Assembly: GCA_033763315.1 (NCBI GenBank)
Contig: JANRKS010000032.1
Coordinates: forward strand, 32,001 to 96,000
Source: Deltaproteobacteria bacterium
GTDB lineage: Bacteria > Myxococcota_A > Polyangia > Fen-1088
Direction: 5' to 3'
Length of the DNA stretch: 64,000 nucleotides
Shown here piece after piece: positions 17,414 to 26,770 of the stretch (its first letter is position 1; each line of letters starts with the position of its first letter). Both the position numbers and the translations under genes were made by a program. Under the pieces are notes generated by a model. The model worked only from the letters and a program-made list of their open reading frames with translations. It was not told the DNA's origin and made no database searches.

Positions 17414-18676
17414 ATGAGCGTCCCCACTCGACCACCGCGCAGAGGCGACCGGCCGCGGTTGGCCATCGTGTTGTCTGGCGGTGGCGCACGTGGCGCCTAC
17501 GAAGCCGGCGTCCTCAAGTATCTACGCGAAGATCTTGCCGGCGATCTGGGCGGGCAAGTTCACTTCGACATCATTTGCGGGACATCGGTGGGTGCCATTC
17601 ACGCTTGTTTTCTGGCCGCCAACGCCGATGTGCCCAGCCAACAAGGCAAGATGCTGTGCGATCGGTGGGAAGGGCTTTTTCTGGAAGAAGTCGTCTCGTT
17701 CGGCATCAAAGACTTTTTAAGGGCGCCTGCAACTTTATTGGGCAGCGGCAACATCAGCGAGCTCGAACCCGGTGAGCGCCGTTTGGGCGGCATCGTGCAA
17801 ACGCGGAATCTGGAACGGCTGGTGCGCCGAATGATGCCGTGGACCCGCATTCGCAAAAACAAAGAGAACGGGCACTTCGATTCGCTTGCCGTTTCCGCAA
17901 CAGACATTGGCTCTGGAAAGACGGTGGTGTTCGTGGAGAGCGCAACGCCTGTGCCGCCGTGGAGTGTGCATCCGTTCGTGCGCGCGCAATCAGTGCGCAT
18001 GGGCCCGCAGCACTGCATGGCCTCGGCCGCGTTGCCGTTGCTGTTCCCTGCGGTGCAGGTGGATCAACGGTTCTATTGCGATGGTGGCCTCCGCCAGAAC
18101 ACGCCCTTGTCACCGGCCTTGCGTTTGGGCGCCGACAAGGTTTTGGTTGTGAGCCTCAAATACGACAAAGCGGCACAAAGCGACGTTCCTGAAGAAGCCC
18201 AGCCGTTTCCAGGCGCAGCGTTCTTGGCAGGCAAGATCTTGAACGCCTTTTTGCTGGATCACATCGATTACGATTTGCAACGAATGGAACGCTTGTCGGC
18301 CATCATGCAAGTGGTGAACGAATGCGGTGACGAGGACCTCAAACGCCGCGTCGCCGAAGTGGTGACGAGCAAACGTGGCGCCCCCTACCGCGTGATCAAA
18401 GATATGGTCGTGAGCCCCTCGCTTGATCTCGGTAAAATCGCAGGTGAGATCGCTCGTGCGGGGCGGTTCAAAGGGCTGGGCGGGGGCACCGGCATCCGCT
18501 TGTTGCGACGTCTGGCCACAACCGCGGGCGGCGCCAACGACGCCGACTTGCTCTCGTACATCTTGTTTGACGGCGTCTATGGCGCTGAACTTGTGCGCAT
18601 CGGCTACGAAGACGCGCGGGCCCGGCACGAGGAGTTGTGCAACTTCCTGCAGGACTGCGTGGAGCCCGCCGCTTAG
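17414..18676 (+). CDS. Patatin-like phospholipase
   Basis: LSGGGARGAY, GTSVG nucleophile elbow, ASAALP, DGG. Confidence 0.93.
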   Translation: MSVPTRPPRRGDRPRLAIVLSGGGARGAYEAGVLKYLREDLAGDLGGQVHFDIICGTSVGAIHACFLAANADVPSQQGKMLCDRWEGLFLEEVVSFGIKDFLRAPATLLGSGNISELEPGERRLGGIVQTRNLERLVRRMMPWTRIRKNKENGHFDSLAVSATDIGSGKTVVFVESATPVPPWSVHPFVRAQSVRMGPQHCMASAALPLLFPAVQVDQRFYCDGGLRQNTPLSPALRLGADKVLVVSLKYDKAAQSDVPEEAQPFPGAAFLAGKILNAFLLDHIDYDLQRMERLSAIMQVVNECGDEDLKRRVAEVVTSKRGAPYRVIKDMVVSPSLDLGKIAGEIARAGRFKGLGGGTGIRLLRRLATTAGGANDADLLSYILFDGVYGAELVRIGYEDARARHEELCNFLQDCVEPAA

Positions 18677-18688
18677 CGTGGCCCGCGG

Positions 18689-19306
18689 CTACTTCACCAA
18701 ACGGAGGGTGGGGCGTCCCTTGGGTCCACCGTCACCGCCATCGTCAGGTTTGGATGGTTCAGGTGCGCGGCCGTTGTCGTCCTCGGCCTGCGGCGGTTCG
18801 TCGAGCGGCACCGACTTGAGACGCGCCCGTGGGGCCGGGGCCGGCGGATCCTCGGCGTCGTCGGGCTGCGGTTTGAGCGCCATCAGCGGCAAGGCTGCCG
18901 ATTTGCGTGCCGCCCCTTCGATGTCGCTTTCGCCCTCTTTGCCAGCGTCGTCCGGGTCGTCGATGCCGTGCGCGGCCACCAAAAGCTCAGGCGGAACGTC
19001 TTCCTGGTAAAGCACGCCGCGCCCGTCCGTGCAGGCAATCACATAAATCGCCGTCCACGGGATCAATGTTTTGTGAGGCTGGCGGGCAAAGGAAAGCGTG
19101 GCTTTGACCCCACCCTCAGTAACCTCCAAATCTTCGACAGGAACGGGCATATTCAGCCCATATTGCAGCACTAATCGCGCTTCGTTGCGCAGGTGGTCAG
19201 GCACCGAAACGCCCGCGCGCCGGGCGTCAATGTACACAGTCACCCAGCCATCCTGGAGGAAGGCGGTGAAGGCTTCTTGCTTGCTGGGTCGATCAGTCGG
19301 TGTCAC
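18689..19306 (-). CDS. sspB: SspB-like ClpXP adaptor (stringent starvation protein B family)
   Basis: VYIDARRAGVSVP, LVLQYG, ATLSF...IPWTAI, acidic tail ending RPTLRLVK (ClpX-binding-like); probable GTG start 19306. Confidence 0.75.
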   Translation of the reverse strand: MTPTDRPSKQEAFTAFLQDGWVTVYIDARRAGVSVPDHLRNEARLVLQYGLNMPVPVEDLEVTEGGVKATLSFARQPHKTLIPWTAIYVIACTDGRGVLYQEDVPPELLVAAHGIDDPDDAGKEGESDIEGAARKSAALPLMALKPQPDDAEDPPAPAPRARLKSVPLDEPPQAEDDNGRAPEPSKPDDGGDGGPKGRPTLRLVK

Positions 19307-19404
19307 TCTTCCAGCCCGTTGTATCCCGGAAACCGGTGTTCTATCAAAATTATCCGTACATTCCCCTACAGAACCGGTCCAGATACGATAACCTTGAGGT
19401 GCCG

Positions 19405-20457
19405 ATGAATCGCCCCCGGTTTTCCGTTCCCGCTGCCACCACCCCGCCTCCCCCGACACCTCCCGCTCGGGCCATGACCGGTTGGCGTGCCCGCTTGGCT
19501 CAGGATCCTATCCCAAGATTGCTCCGAGAGGGCAGTCCTGCGGTCGTGGCGCGCGTGCGCCGCGATCTTATGGAAGATGATGAAGCCCCCACCGTGGCTG
19601 ACATCTGGGCCTACAAAGAAGTGCAGGCCTTCGCCAAGAAAATCGCGAAGACCGGATGCTTGCCGCCCAAGCCGGTGGAAAAAGCGATGGGCGGAGCGAA
19701 GTTTGCTGCGGCCGTCGCCGGCATCAAAACCATCGACAAGTTAGCGGACTATGGCGTGCGCGCCGACGATGGTCCGAAGCAAACGCCCCTGCACAAAGCG
19801 GCTGACTTTTTGTTGTCGTCGCAAGGCGAAGACGGTGGCATCGCTGATCTGACGATGGGCGAGACGCCTGCCGATCCCGGCAAAATGCCAGCGATTCACT
19901 TTCAAGGTTGGGCGGTCTCGGCCTTGTGCCGCGCTGGCTTCGATGACGATCCGCGCGTGGATCAAGCCTTCGCCTTCTTGCTGGCCAACCGGCAAAACGA
20001 TGGCGGTTGGGCGTGGCGTGGTGTGCGCACCGATTCTGCCGCGCGTCCTTCCAGCCACCTCATCACCGGGATGGTTTTGCGTGCGTTCGCTTCTTCAAAG
20101 AAGCGCAAGACATCCCGTGAAGCGCGTCGTGCGGCCGAGCTTTTGGCCACGCGGTTTTTGCAGCCCGATCGTTATCCGGATCGCAAAGAGCCGAAGTACT
20201 GGGAAGACATTCAAGAGCCGCGCGTGTTCGTGGATGTGGCAGACGCTTTGGATTCAGTGACCTCCGTGGGCCTCGGCAAAGAAAACTCCGGCGTGCGCAC
20301 AGCGGAAGCGTATCTGCGCGGCCGCCAAGCCGAAGATGGCTTTTGGTATCCGGGGCCAACCGGCAAGGTTGTGGCCAGCGAACTTTCGGATGAAGAAAAG
20401 GAAGCCGCTGTGGCCCTCACCTTGCGCGTGTTGGTGATGCTCAGGCGCATCAACTAA
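19405..20457 (+). CDS. Prenyltransferase/squalene-cyclase repeat (alpha/alpha barrel) protein
   Basis: QW-like repeats LLSSQGEDGG, LLANRQNDGGW, LRGRQAEDGFW; GAGG before ATG 19405. Confidence 0.75.
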   Translation: MNRPRFSVPAATTPPPPTPPARAMTGWRARLAQDPIPRLLREGSPAVVARVRRDLMEDDEAPTVADIWAYKEVQAFAKKIAKTGCLPPKPVEKAMGGAKFAAAVAGIKTIDKLADYGVRADDGPKQTPLHKAADFLLSSQGEDGGIADLTMGETPADPGKMPAIHFQGWAVSALCRAGFDDDPRVDQAFAFLLANRQNDGGWAWRGVRTDSAARPSSHLITGMVLRAFASSKKRKTSREARRAAELLATRFLQPDRYPDRKEPKYWEDIQEPRVFVDVADALDSVTSVGLGKENSGVRTAEAYLRGRQAEDGFWYPGPTGKVVASELSDEEKEAAVALTLRVLVMLRRIN

Positions 20458-20460
20458 GAC

Positions 20461-20490
20461 AGCGGATCGCCGGCGCCAAAGCGATCCGTT
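20461..20490. terminator. Hairpin between convergent genes, probable terminator
   Basis: AGCGGATCGC-10 nt-GCGATCCGTT just after the stop at 20457. Confidence 0.45.
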
Positions 20491-20547
20491 CAAGGTCCCT
20501 TCCTGGGGCGATCGATCCGTCGGAAACCGAGTTGTGCAGCGAATCGG

Positions 20548-21558
20548 CTACTCCATCGTCAGCAACACGTTGCCGATCTTCTGGCCACTTTGCACATAGT
20601 CGAAAGCATCGGCAATCTGCTCCATCGCGAACCTGCGATCGATTAAGGGCACGAATGCACCCTGCTGCAGCAGCTCGGTCATGAAGGCGAGGCTGCCCTT
20701 CACATCAAACGGCACCGGGAAAATCACTTTCTTCCGGGCGCTAAAGGGCGACAGCACGGGTGCGGCCAACGCCAGCCAAATGTTTTGCGCGTGCGGCCCC
20801 AATTCAGACGACAGATAAACAGCGCCCGGCTTCATAAGTGGCTTGCAGCGACCAAACGTGCTTTTGCCCACGGCATCAAACACAAAGTCGAATGCGTCGT
20901 CCGCCGCTTGCGGTGCAAGCGCTTCAACGAAATCTTGGGTTAGGTAATCGATCACGCGTTCAGCGCCCAAGGCGCGCACGGTCTCCATATGGGGGCCAGC
21001 GCACACGGCGGTGACGCGCAGTCCTTTGTGTTTCAACAGTTGGATGGCGGCCGAGCCAATGGCGCCTGTGCCGCCATTGACCAACACCTTCTGTCCGGCT
21101 TGCAGGGGCACCTTCTTGATAAAATTGAGCGCGTAGTGCGCGCCTTCCGCCGAGGCCACGGCGTGTTCATAGGAAACGCCCTCAGGGATCTTCGCGATGG
21201 GTTTGTTGGCATTTAAGATGAAGTACTGCGCGTGCGAGCCAAGGCCGTTGTCGTCGAGGCCCCAGATCCTGTCGCTCACTTTGAAGTGGCTGACGCTCTT
21301 GCCCACGGCCTCCACATCCCCCGCAAAATCAGTGCCCGTTGCCACGAAGCGGGGCCGAGGAAAGCCCGCAAAAAAGCGATAAACAAAGGGACGCCCCGAT
21401 AGGCCGCTGCAGTCTGTGCGGTTGACGGTTGCGGCGCGAACCCGCACCAGCAACTCGTTATCTTTGGGCGTGGGGATCGGCACGTCCTTTACCGAGAGCA
21501 CATGCGACGGACCGTAGTGCGTGCGATAGACCGTTTTCATGGGACGGATTGTGCCCAA
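20548..21558 (-). CDS. NAD(P)-dependent MDR-family oxidoreductase (quinone reductase/alcohol dehydrogenase-like)
   Basis: GTDFAGDVEAVG, VLVNGGTGAIGSAAIQL, DAVG; start may be 21540. Confidence 0.9.
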   Translation of the reverse strand: MGTIRPMKTVYRTHYGPSHVLSVKDVPIPTPKDNELLVRVRAATVNRTDCSGLSGRPFVYRFFAGFPRPRFVATGTDFAGDVEAVGKSVSHFKVSDRIWGLDDNGLGSHAQYFILNANKPIAKIPEGVSYEHAVASAEGAHYALNFIKKVPLQAGQKVLVNGGTGAIGSAAIQLLKHKGLRVTAVCAGPHMETVRALGAERVIDYLTQDFVEALAPQAADDAFDFVFDAVGKSTFGRCKPLMKPGAVYLSSELGPHAQNIWLALAAPVLSPFSARKKVIFPVPFDVKGSLAFMTELLQQGAFVPLIDRRFAMEQIADAFDYVQSGQKIGNVLLTME

Positions 21559-21610
21559 TTCTGTGCGGTTCCGATAGGAGCAAGCCGCGCGGCGAACCCC
21601 CGTGGGGTCC

Positions 21611-22588
21611 CTAGCCTCCGCGCATCATGTTGCCCGAACCGATCAGATCCACATTCCAATAGCCCCAGATGCCGCGAATCATGTTCACTGAATCGACGTC
21701 TTCTTCGAAGAACCAGGTTCCCCACTTGCTATCGCTGGCGCGTTTGAGCGTGTAGGTCGCTTGCTTGGTCACGTGATCCCGGGCGCCGCCTTGTATGCAC
21801 GTCCACTTGTTGCCTGCAATGCTTGTGACGATGCCAACGTGGGCGCTTCCAACGTTGTTTTTGAAGTCTTTGCCTTGGATGTGAAAAATGTCGCCGGGCT
21901 TAAGCACAGGCGGTGAAGCATCCAACTTCGTGGATACGTAGCATTTGAGATGCGCGATCTCTGCTGCCAACCCCTCGTCACAGCTGCACGAAGAGGGCGT
22001 TTTGGGGCCGATGACGTTGATGCCCGCGGCATGAAGAATCGAACGCACAAACAGCATGCACGTGGTGCCTGGTGGGCGTGGGTTTGCGCCCTGCATACCG
22101 ATGCCAAACGTGTAACGGCCGCCCAAACAAAACAGGTTCCCCTGCCAAGCCTTTGATGGCCCGCCGCCAAGGTGGTCGCTGGCAAGAGAAACGATCGTTG
22201 ATCGAAGGGTTTGCCCTCGCCGGGCGTATTCCGGGTAAAGGCATACGCTGGTCGAGTTTTTGTGCCGCGACGGCCACTTGCCAGGCAACTTTGTGCGTTC
22301 CAACGAACGCAGATAGAGCTCGCGGACCAGATCGTAGTCATACATGCTGACGCCGCTGTAAGGACGCTGAGGCATGTACCCTTGGTACACAAAATCCAAG
22401 ATCAGGTCGTTTAGCTTCTCACCTAAAGGGACATTGTCCCAAAACGTGTCGAATGCCGCACGCTGGTTGAGGGTCGAGGCGAAACACGCATCAAAGGCCG
22501 CTTTCGGCTCTTGCGCCAAAAGCCAAGTGTATGCCTGGCTATGTGATCCTCCGGCCACCCATTTCGTAAACTGATCCCACGTCGCCAT
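21611..22588 (-). CDS. Hypothetical protein with a C-terminal CHAP/NlpC-P60-like (papain-fold) amidase domain
   Basis: TTCMLFVRSILHAAG (Cys), LKPGDIF, AHVGIV (His), CIQGG; GGGAGG RBS; no signal peptide. Confidence 0.65.
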   Translation of the reverse strand: MATWDQFTKWVAGGSHSQAYTWLLAQEPKAAFDACFASTLNQRAAFDTFWDNVPLGEKLNDLILDFVYQGYMPQRPYSGVSMYDYDLVRELYLRSLERTKLPGKWPSRHKNSTSVCLYPEYARRGQTLRSTIVSLASDHLGGGPSKAWQGNLFCLGGRYTFGIGMQGANPRPPGTTCMLFVRSILHAAGINVIGPKTPSSCSCDEGLAAEIAHLKCYVSTKLDASPPVLKPGDIFHIQGKDFKNNVGSAHVGIVTSIAGNKWTCIQGGARDHVTKQATYTLKRASDSKWGTWFFEEDVDSVNMIRGIWGYWNVDLIGSGNMMRGG

Positions 22589-22612
22589 GCCACGGGCCTC
22601 CCTTGGTGAGCT

Positions 22613-24544
22613 TCACTCGATGAGGTAGACGATTTGCAGATTCGTCTCGGGGCGCAGCAAACGCAGCGTGCGGGTCGAGGACGTGGGCATCCCGTCAAGG
22701 TAGATGCGAAATTGGCTCAAGGTGGCGGCGGCCCTGTAATCCGCGGCCACAGCGGATGTCACGGTGAACCGAACCTTCGTGCCCACCGTCCACAAGGTTG
22801 AAGCCGCAACGATCTCGCCGATGGGGACGTAGGTTGTCTTGAAAACTTCGGATGTCAGCGGCGGAGTGAAGCGTGTATCGGCAATGCGGAAGTTGCCGGC
22901 GCCCGTGGCGCTGCCGGCCGTCGCCTCCACCTCGGACACAAACAGCGCTTGCTCAAGGACGTAACCTGCGGGCAAAGCAGGAAGAGCAAAGCTCACGAAC
23001 CCGTCATTGCGTGTGGATCCTGATTGCAGCGCCGCTTGCAAGAAGGTGTATTCGGCCGACGAGCCGGCAATCAGGTTGCCGGCGAGCAGGCGGTCTTGAG
23101 CGTCACGTTGAGCGAAGTTGATGCGCGGTACAGTGATGCGCCGGTACAGCAAAGGATATGTGGCCGACACGGGTGCGGCCAAAGCTTCGCCGTTTGCGTC
23201 CTTAGCGCCCGTGCCAATCGTGAACGCATAGCTGCCTTTTGGCACCGCGGTGGAAGACCCCGTGGGGTACTTAAACTGTGGGTCGATCGTCAGCACGGTT
23301 TTATCGGGCGTCCACTTGAATATTGGAGTGGCGGCACCAATCGTGGTGACTTTGAAGGCGGCTTCCACCGATTGGGTGTTCATTTCTTCGCTGAACGTAA
23401 CGACGATGCTGTCCTTCTCACGCACCTTGGTTGCGGTTGTTGGGGTGACCACGGCGGTGGGCGCCACACCTGGCTTGCCGGGGACCTTCGGCGTGCACGT
23501 GCCGTTGTTGCACGCGTTCTCACACGTGGTGACGTTTTGCCACGCACCCACGCTGCTGCACACTTCCACGGCGGCGCCATTGCAGCGCTTCGCATCGGGT
23601 GTGCATTCACCCACGCAGCCTGTGGGACTGCACACAAACTCGCATGTGTCTTGCGCAACCCAGGACGCATCGACGGAACAATTCTGGAGCACCTTGCCCA
23701 AACAGCGAGGGGCGCTGCCTGGTTGGCATTCCCCGGCGCACGCTGCGGGCGCGGAAGCTGTGGCCGCGCGGCAGGTGTAGTCGCAGGCCATGGGGTTTGA
23801 CCAAGCGCCATTGGCACAAGTTTCAAGCTGGTTGCCATTGCAGCGTGTGGTGCCCGCTGTACATGCGGGCAAGCAACCGCCTTCGGCACAGCCGGCGGGA
23901 CAAGCCACGGGGGCGCCCCACATGCCTGTGGCCGCACAGGTGCGCGCCCCATCTCCCACGCACTGCAAGGCGCCCGGGGTGCACTCACCCACGCAGTTGC
24001 CGCCTTGGCAGAGGCCCGTGCATTCTTCGCTGTCAACCAAGGCACCGCCAGCGTTGCACAAAAGCACGATGTTGCCGTTGCAGGATTTTGCACCAGGTGT
24101 GCAAGCGGGTGCGGCGCCGCCGTCGCCCGAAGTTGGCAGGCTTGCGCCGTCATCAATGCCGCCATCGACGGAGGGCGAAAGGGCGATCACCGTTAGCGTG
24201 CCGCAGCCCGCAGGGGCCACAACAGAACCACTGCCCACCGCCACGGGTTGCCCAGCCGCGAAAGCCACGACGGTGACATTGACGGCGCTGCCAACTGGAT
24301 AGCCCGAAGGGAATTCCACCGCCACCGTTGGCCGCGTGGCATTGCCTGCCAACGTCAGCTCACTCTGTGTGGGCTGCGCTCCCGCCACCGAAACACTGAT
24401 CGAAAGCCGATCGGGCCTTGGGACGGCCTGTGCCACGTCCACTGTCAAAAGGATTGTCCCGTCTTTGCAGGCTGTCTCTTCGGAACAAGAGGCGAGCCCA
24501 ACGGCCACAGCCACCACCGCGATCAAACGTGCGCAAACATTCAT
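22613..24544 (-). CDS. Cys-rich repeat lipoprotein with an Ig-like (Big_5-type) domain
   Basis: MNVCARLIAVVAVAVGLAS-C lipobox; five C(T/Q)xG..xC.G...C...W.....C...C repeats; IVVTFSEEMNTQSV. Confidence 0.8.
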   Translation of the reverse strand: MNVCARLIAVVAVAVGLASCSEETACKDGTILLTVDVAQAVPRPDRLSISVSVAGAQPTQSELTLAGNATRPTVAVEFPSGYPVGSAVNVTVVAFAAGQPVAVGSGSVVAPAGCGTLTVIALSPSVDGGIDDGASLPTSGDGGAAPACTPGAKSCNGNIVLLCNAGGALVDSEECTGLCQGGNCVGECTPGALQCVGDGARTCAATGMWGAPVACPAGCAEGGCLPACTAGTTRCNGNQLETCANGAWSNPMACDYTCRAATASAPAACAGECQPGSAPRCLGKVLQNCSVDASWVAQDTCEFVCSPTGCVGECTPDAKRCNGAAVEVCSSVGAWQNVTTCENACNNGTCTPKVPGKPGVAPTAVVTPTTATKVREKDSIVVTFSEEMNTQSVEAAFKVTTIGAATPIFKWTPDKTVLTIDPQFKYPTGSSTAVPKGSYAFTIGTGAKDANGEALAAPVSATYPLLYRRITVPRINFAQRDAQDRLLAGNLIAGSSAEYTFLQAALQSGSTRNDGFVSFALPALPAGYVLEQALFVSEVEATAGSATGAGNFRIADTRFTPPLTSEVFKTTYVPIGEIVAASTLWTVGTKVRFTVTSAVAADYRAAATLSQFRIYLDGMPTSSTRTLRLLRPETNLQIVYLIE

Positions 24545-24546
24545 GA

Positions 24547-25221
24547 TCAGTTTCCTCGAATCGTTCCGGCGGTGGGTTGAGGCTCTGACGAACCACCCAA
24601 CGTCAATGCCAACACCACCACAGCCGTGGCCACCACAACGCCCCCCACGCCGGCCCAAAACCAAGGGTTGGACGTGAGCGGGCGATTCGTCTCGGGCTCT
24701 TCATTGCGAGCGACGATGAGCGTGGATCCTGTCGTTGTTGGCTCGGCCGCGGGGGTGGCGGCAGCGGGCGTCGTGGGGACCGGAGGTGGTGGCGCGTCCG
24801 GTTCAGCCGCCATGTCGTTGGGCGGCGCCGAAGCCACGCGCTTTTCGTCTGACAAAGCCTTCGAGAGATTCTCGACGTGCTTTTCAGATTCCTCTCGGTT
24901 GGCGCCTGTGCGCGCGTAAAGGCGCAAGTAGCTTTGGTAAAGATCTAAAGCGCGCTCCTTGTGGCCTGCCATGCGGTGTGCCTGAGCCGCGTTGTAAAGC
25001 AAGGCGGGCGTGGGCTTGATGGCAAACGCGGCTTCATAGGCTTCGGCGGCGTCTGCAAATTTGCCAAGCCCGAACGATGCTTTGCCTTTGTCGACATAGG
25101 CTCGAAACGATTCGTCTTCTTTGGACGCCGCCCACAGTGAACCGCAGGAGAACGTCAGAACAGCGACGACGATAAGCTTTGTGAGGAAGGTGCGGGCAGG
25201 CAGCGAACGCGGCATCGTCAT
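24547..25221 (-). CDS. Exported TPR protein with a C-terminal membrane anchor
   Basis: Signal peptide; TPR AAEAYEAAFAIKPTPALLYNAAQAHR; Pro-rich linker; PWFWAGVGGVVVATAVVVLAL. Confidence 0.85.
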   Translation of the reverse strand: MTMPRSLPARTFLTKLIVVAVLTFSCGSLWAASKEDESFRAYVDKGKASFGLGKFADAAEAYEAAFAIKPTPALLYNAAQAHRMAGHKERALDLYQSYLRLYARTGANREESEKHVENLSKALSDEKRVASAPPNDMAAEPDAPPPPVPTTPAAATPAAEPTTTGSTLIVARNEEPETNRPLTSNPWFWAGVGGVVVATAVVVLALTLGGSSEPQPTAGTIRGN

Positions 25222-25234
25222 TTCAGGCTCCGGG

Positions 25235-26680
25235 TCATTCAGCTAAGGCATCCAAGTCAGTGGGTCGGGCGCTTGTATCTTTGGTTTTAGACCGTCGTTT
25301 GATGGGCTTTTTGGGGTCGCTCGGATCAACCACTAGTGCATCCAGATCGCGTTGCGGGGGCGCTGTGGTTTTAGGGGCACTTGGCGTTGGCACGCGTTGC
25401 CGTGGCGGTTCGAGGGGGGCGGGTGGTGGCAGTTGTGCAGCGGCGGGTGCTTCGTTACGCGGTGGCGCCACGTTCGGAACAGGCACGGGATCCACCGGTG
25501 CTGCTGGCTGGGTGGTTGCGGTCGCCCGCGCCGGCGCTCGATCAACGACGCGCGGCCGCATGAACCAAAACGCAGCAACACCAATGAGCGCCGCCGCAAG
25601 CGCGATGGGCAGCACACGATGCACGCGCCTTGGGGGCACCGGATCAACTTCGCCCGCGGCCAGCGTGAATGTGGTTCGGGCCGCCGGCACGGACGTCGAT
25701 GCTCGTGGCCCAGTGACACCACTGGCGGGTGTGAGGATGGCTGTTCGCCCCACAACCGCCAACGCGGGAGAGGACAAGAAGGCCACTCCACTTTTCGCGA
25801 TGTTGTCTAATTCCGATTCCACCTCGGTCATGGTGGCCACGCGAGCTTGCGGATCGCGCGCCAGCATGCGCGCCACGAGCCGCTCGAACGCCTCGGGTAC
25901 GCCTGGAACCACCCCTGACAGCGCCGGTGGATCCTCCGTGAGGCGCGCGGCGATCATTTCACCTAGCCCCTCGTAAAGGAAAGGGGGGCGCCCCGCGGCC
26001 ATCTCGAACAGAATGCAACCAAGCGCGTAGATGTCCGTGCGGTGATCAATGACGCCGCGGCCGCGCGCCTGTTCAGGCGACATATAAGCCGGCGTTCCCA
26101 CCAAAATGCCAGTGCCTGTGAGCCGCACGTCGGCCTCTGCGTCCACGAGCTTCGCGATGCCAAAGTCGAGCACTTTGGCACGAGGGCCAACGCCACTTTG
26201 CATCGGATCCTCAACCAGGAAAATGTTGTCGGGTTTCAGATCGCGATGAACGATTTTCTGCACGTGGGCCGCGCCCACCGCCGAAGCCACCTGGCGTCCC
26301 ACCGACAGGATGAACGCAAGATCTGCCCGCGAGCCCTGGCTCACGGCCTGACGAAGGTTCTTTCCTTCGAGCAGCTCCATGACAATGTACGCGCGGCCCG
26401 TTTGTGTGACGCCGCAATCGACGATTTCCACGATGCCAGGATGGCGGATACGGGATGTGGCCTTGGCTTCGATGAAGAAGCGCTCAAGGGCGCCGTCGTC
26501 CGACGTCCACGTCGGCAGCAGCAACTTTACGGCGGCGCGCCGCTCAAGCCGCTGGTGCTCGCCGATCCACACTTCGCCCATACCGCCCTGGCCCAGCTTG
26601 CGGATAAGCCGATAGCCTCCGATGAGCTCCTCGGGAGCTTCGGAGGGGGAGTCGGATGAATGCGAGTGGTCGTTCGGCAC
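25235..26680 (-). CDS. Membrane Hanks-type Ser/Thr protein kinase
   Basis: LGQGGMGEVW, AAVK, HRDLKPDN, DFG, GTPAYMSPEQ; TM LPIALAAALIGVAAFWF; Pro-rich tail. Confidence 0.95.
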   Translation of the reverse strand: MPNDHSHSSDSPSEAPEELIGGYRLIRKLGQGGMGEVWIGEHQRLERRAAVKLLLPTWTSDDGALERFFIEAKATSRIRHPGIVEIVDCGVTQTGRAYIVMELLEGKNLRQAVSQGSRADLAFILSVGRQVASAVGAAHVQKIVHRDLKPDNIFLVEDPMQSGVGPRAKVLDFGIAKLVDAEADVRLTGTGILVGTPAYMSPEQARGRGVIDHRTDIYALGCILFEMAAGRPPFLYEGLGEMIAARLTEDPPALSGVVPGVPEAFERLVARMLARDPQARVATMTEVESELDNIAKSGVAFLSSPALAVVGRTAILTPASGVTGPRASTSVPAARTTFTLAAGEVDPVPPRRVHRVLPIALAAALIGVAAFWFMRPRVVDRAPARATATTQPAAPVDPVPVPNVAPPRNEAPAAAQLPPPAPLEPPRQRVPTPSAPKTTAPPQRDLDALVVDPSDPKKPIKRRSKTKDTSARPTDLDALAE

Positions 26681-26770
26681 AGACCGGTCCTGCGCCTTAA
26701 ACCCACAACTCGTCGAATGTGGGAAAGTCTGCCGGGGTTCTTTGCGGAAAGCCGATCGCTTTTCTACGAC

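Noticed and set aside
19405-20457. Squalene-hopene cyclase or terpene cluster
   Set aside because: About half the expected length, no clear DxDD motif and no neighbouring terpene genes
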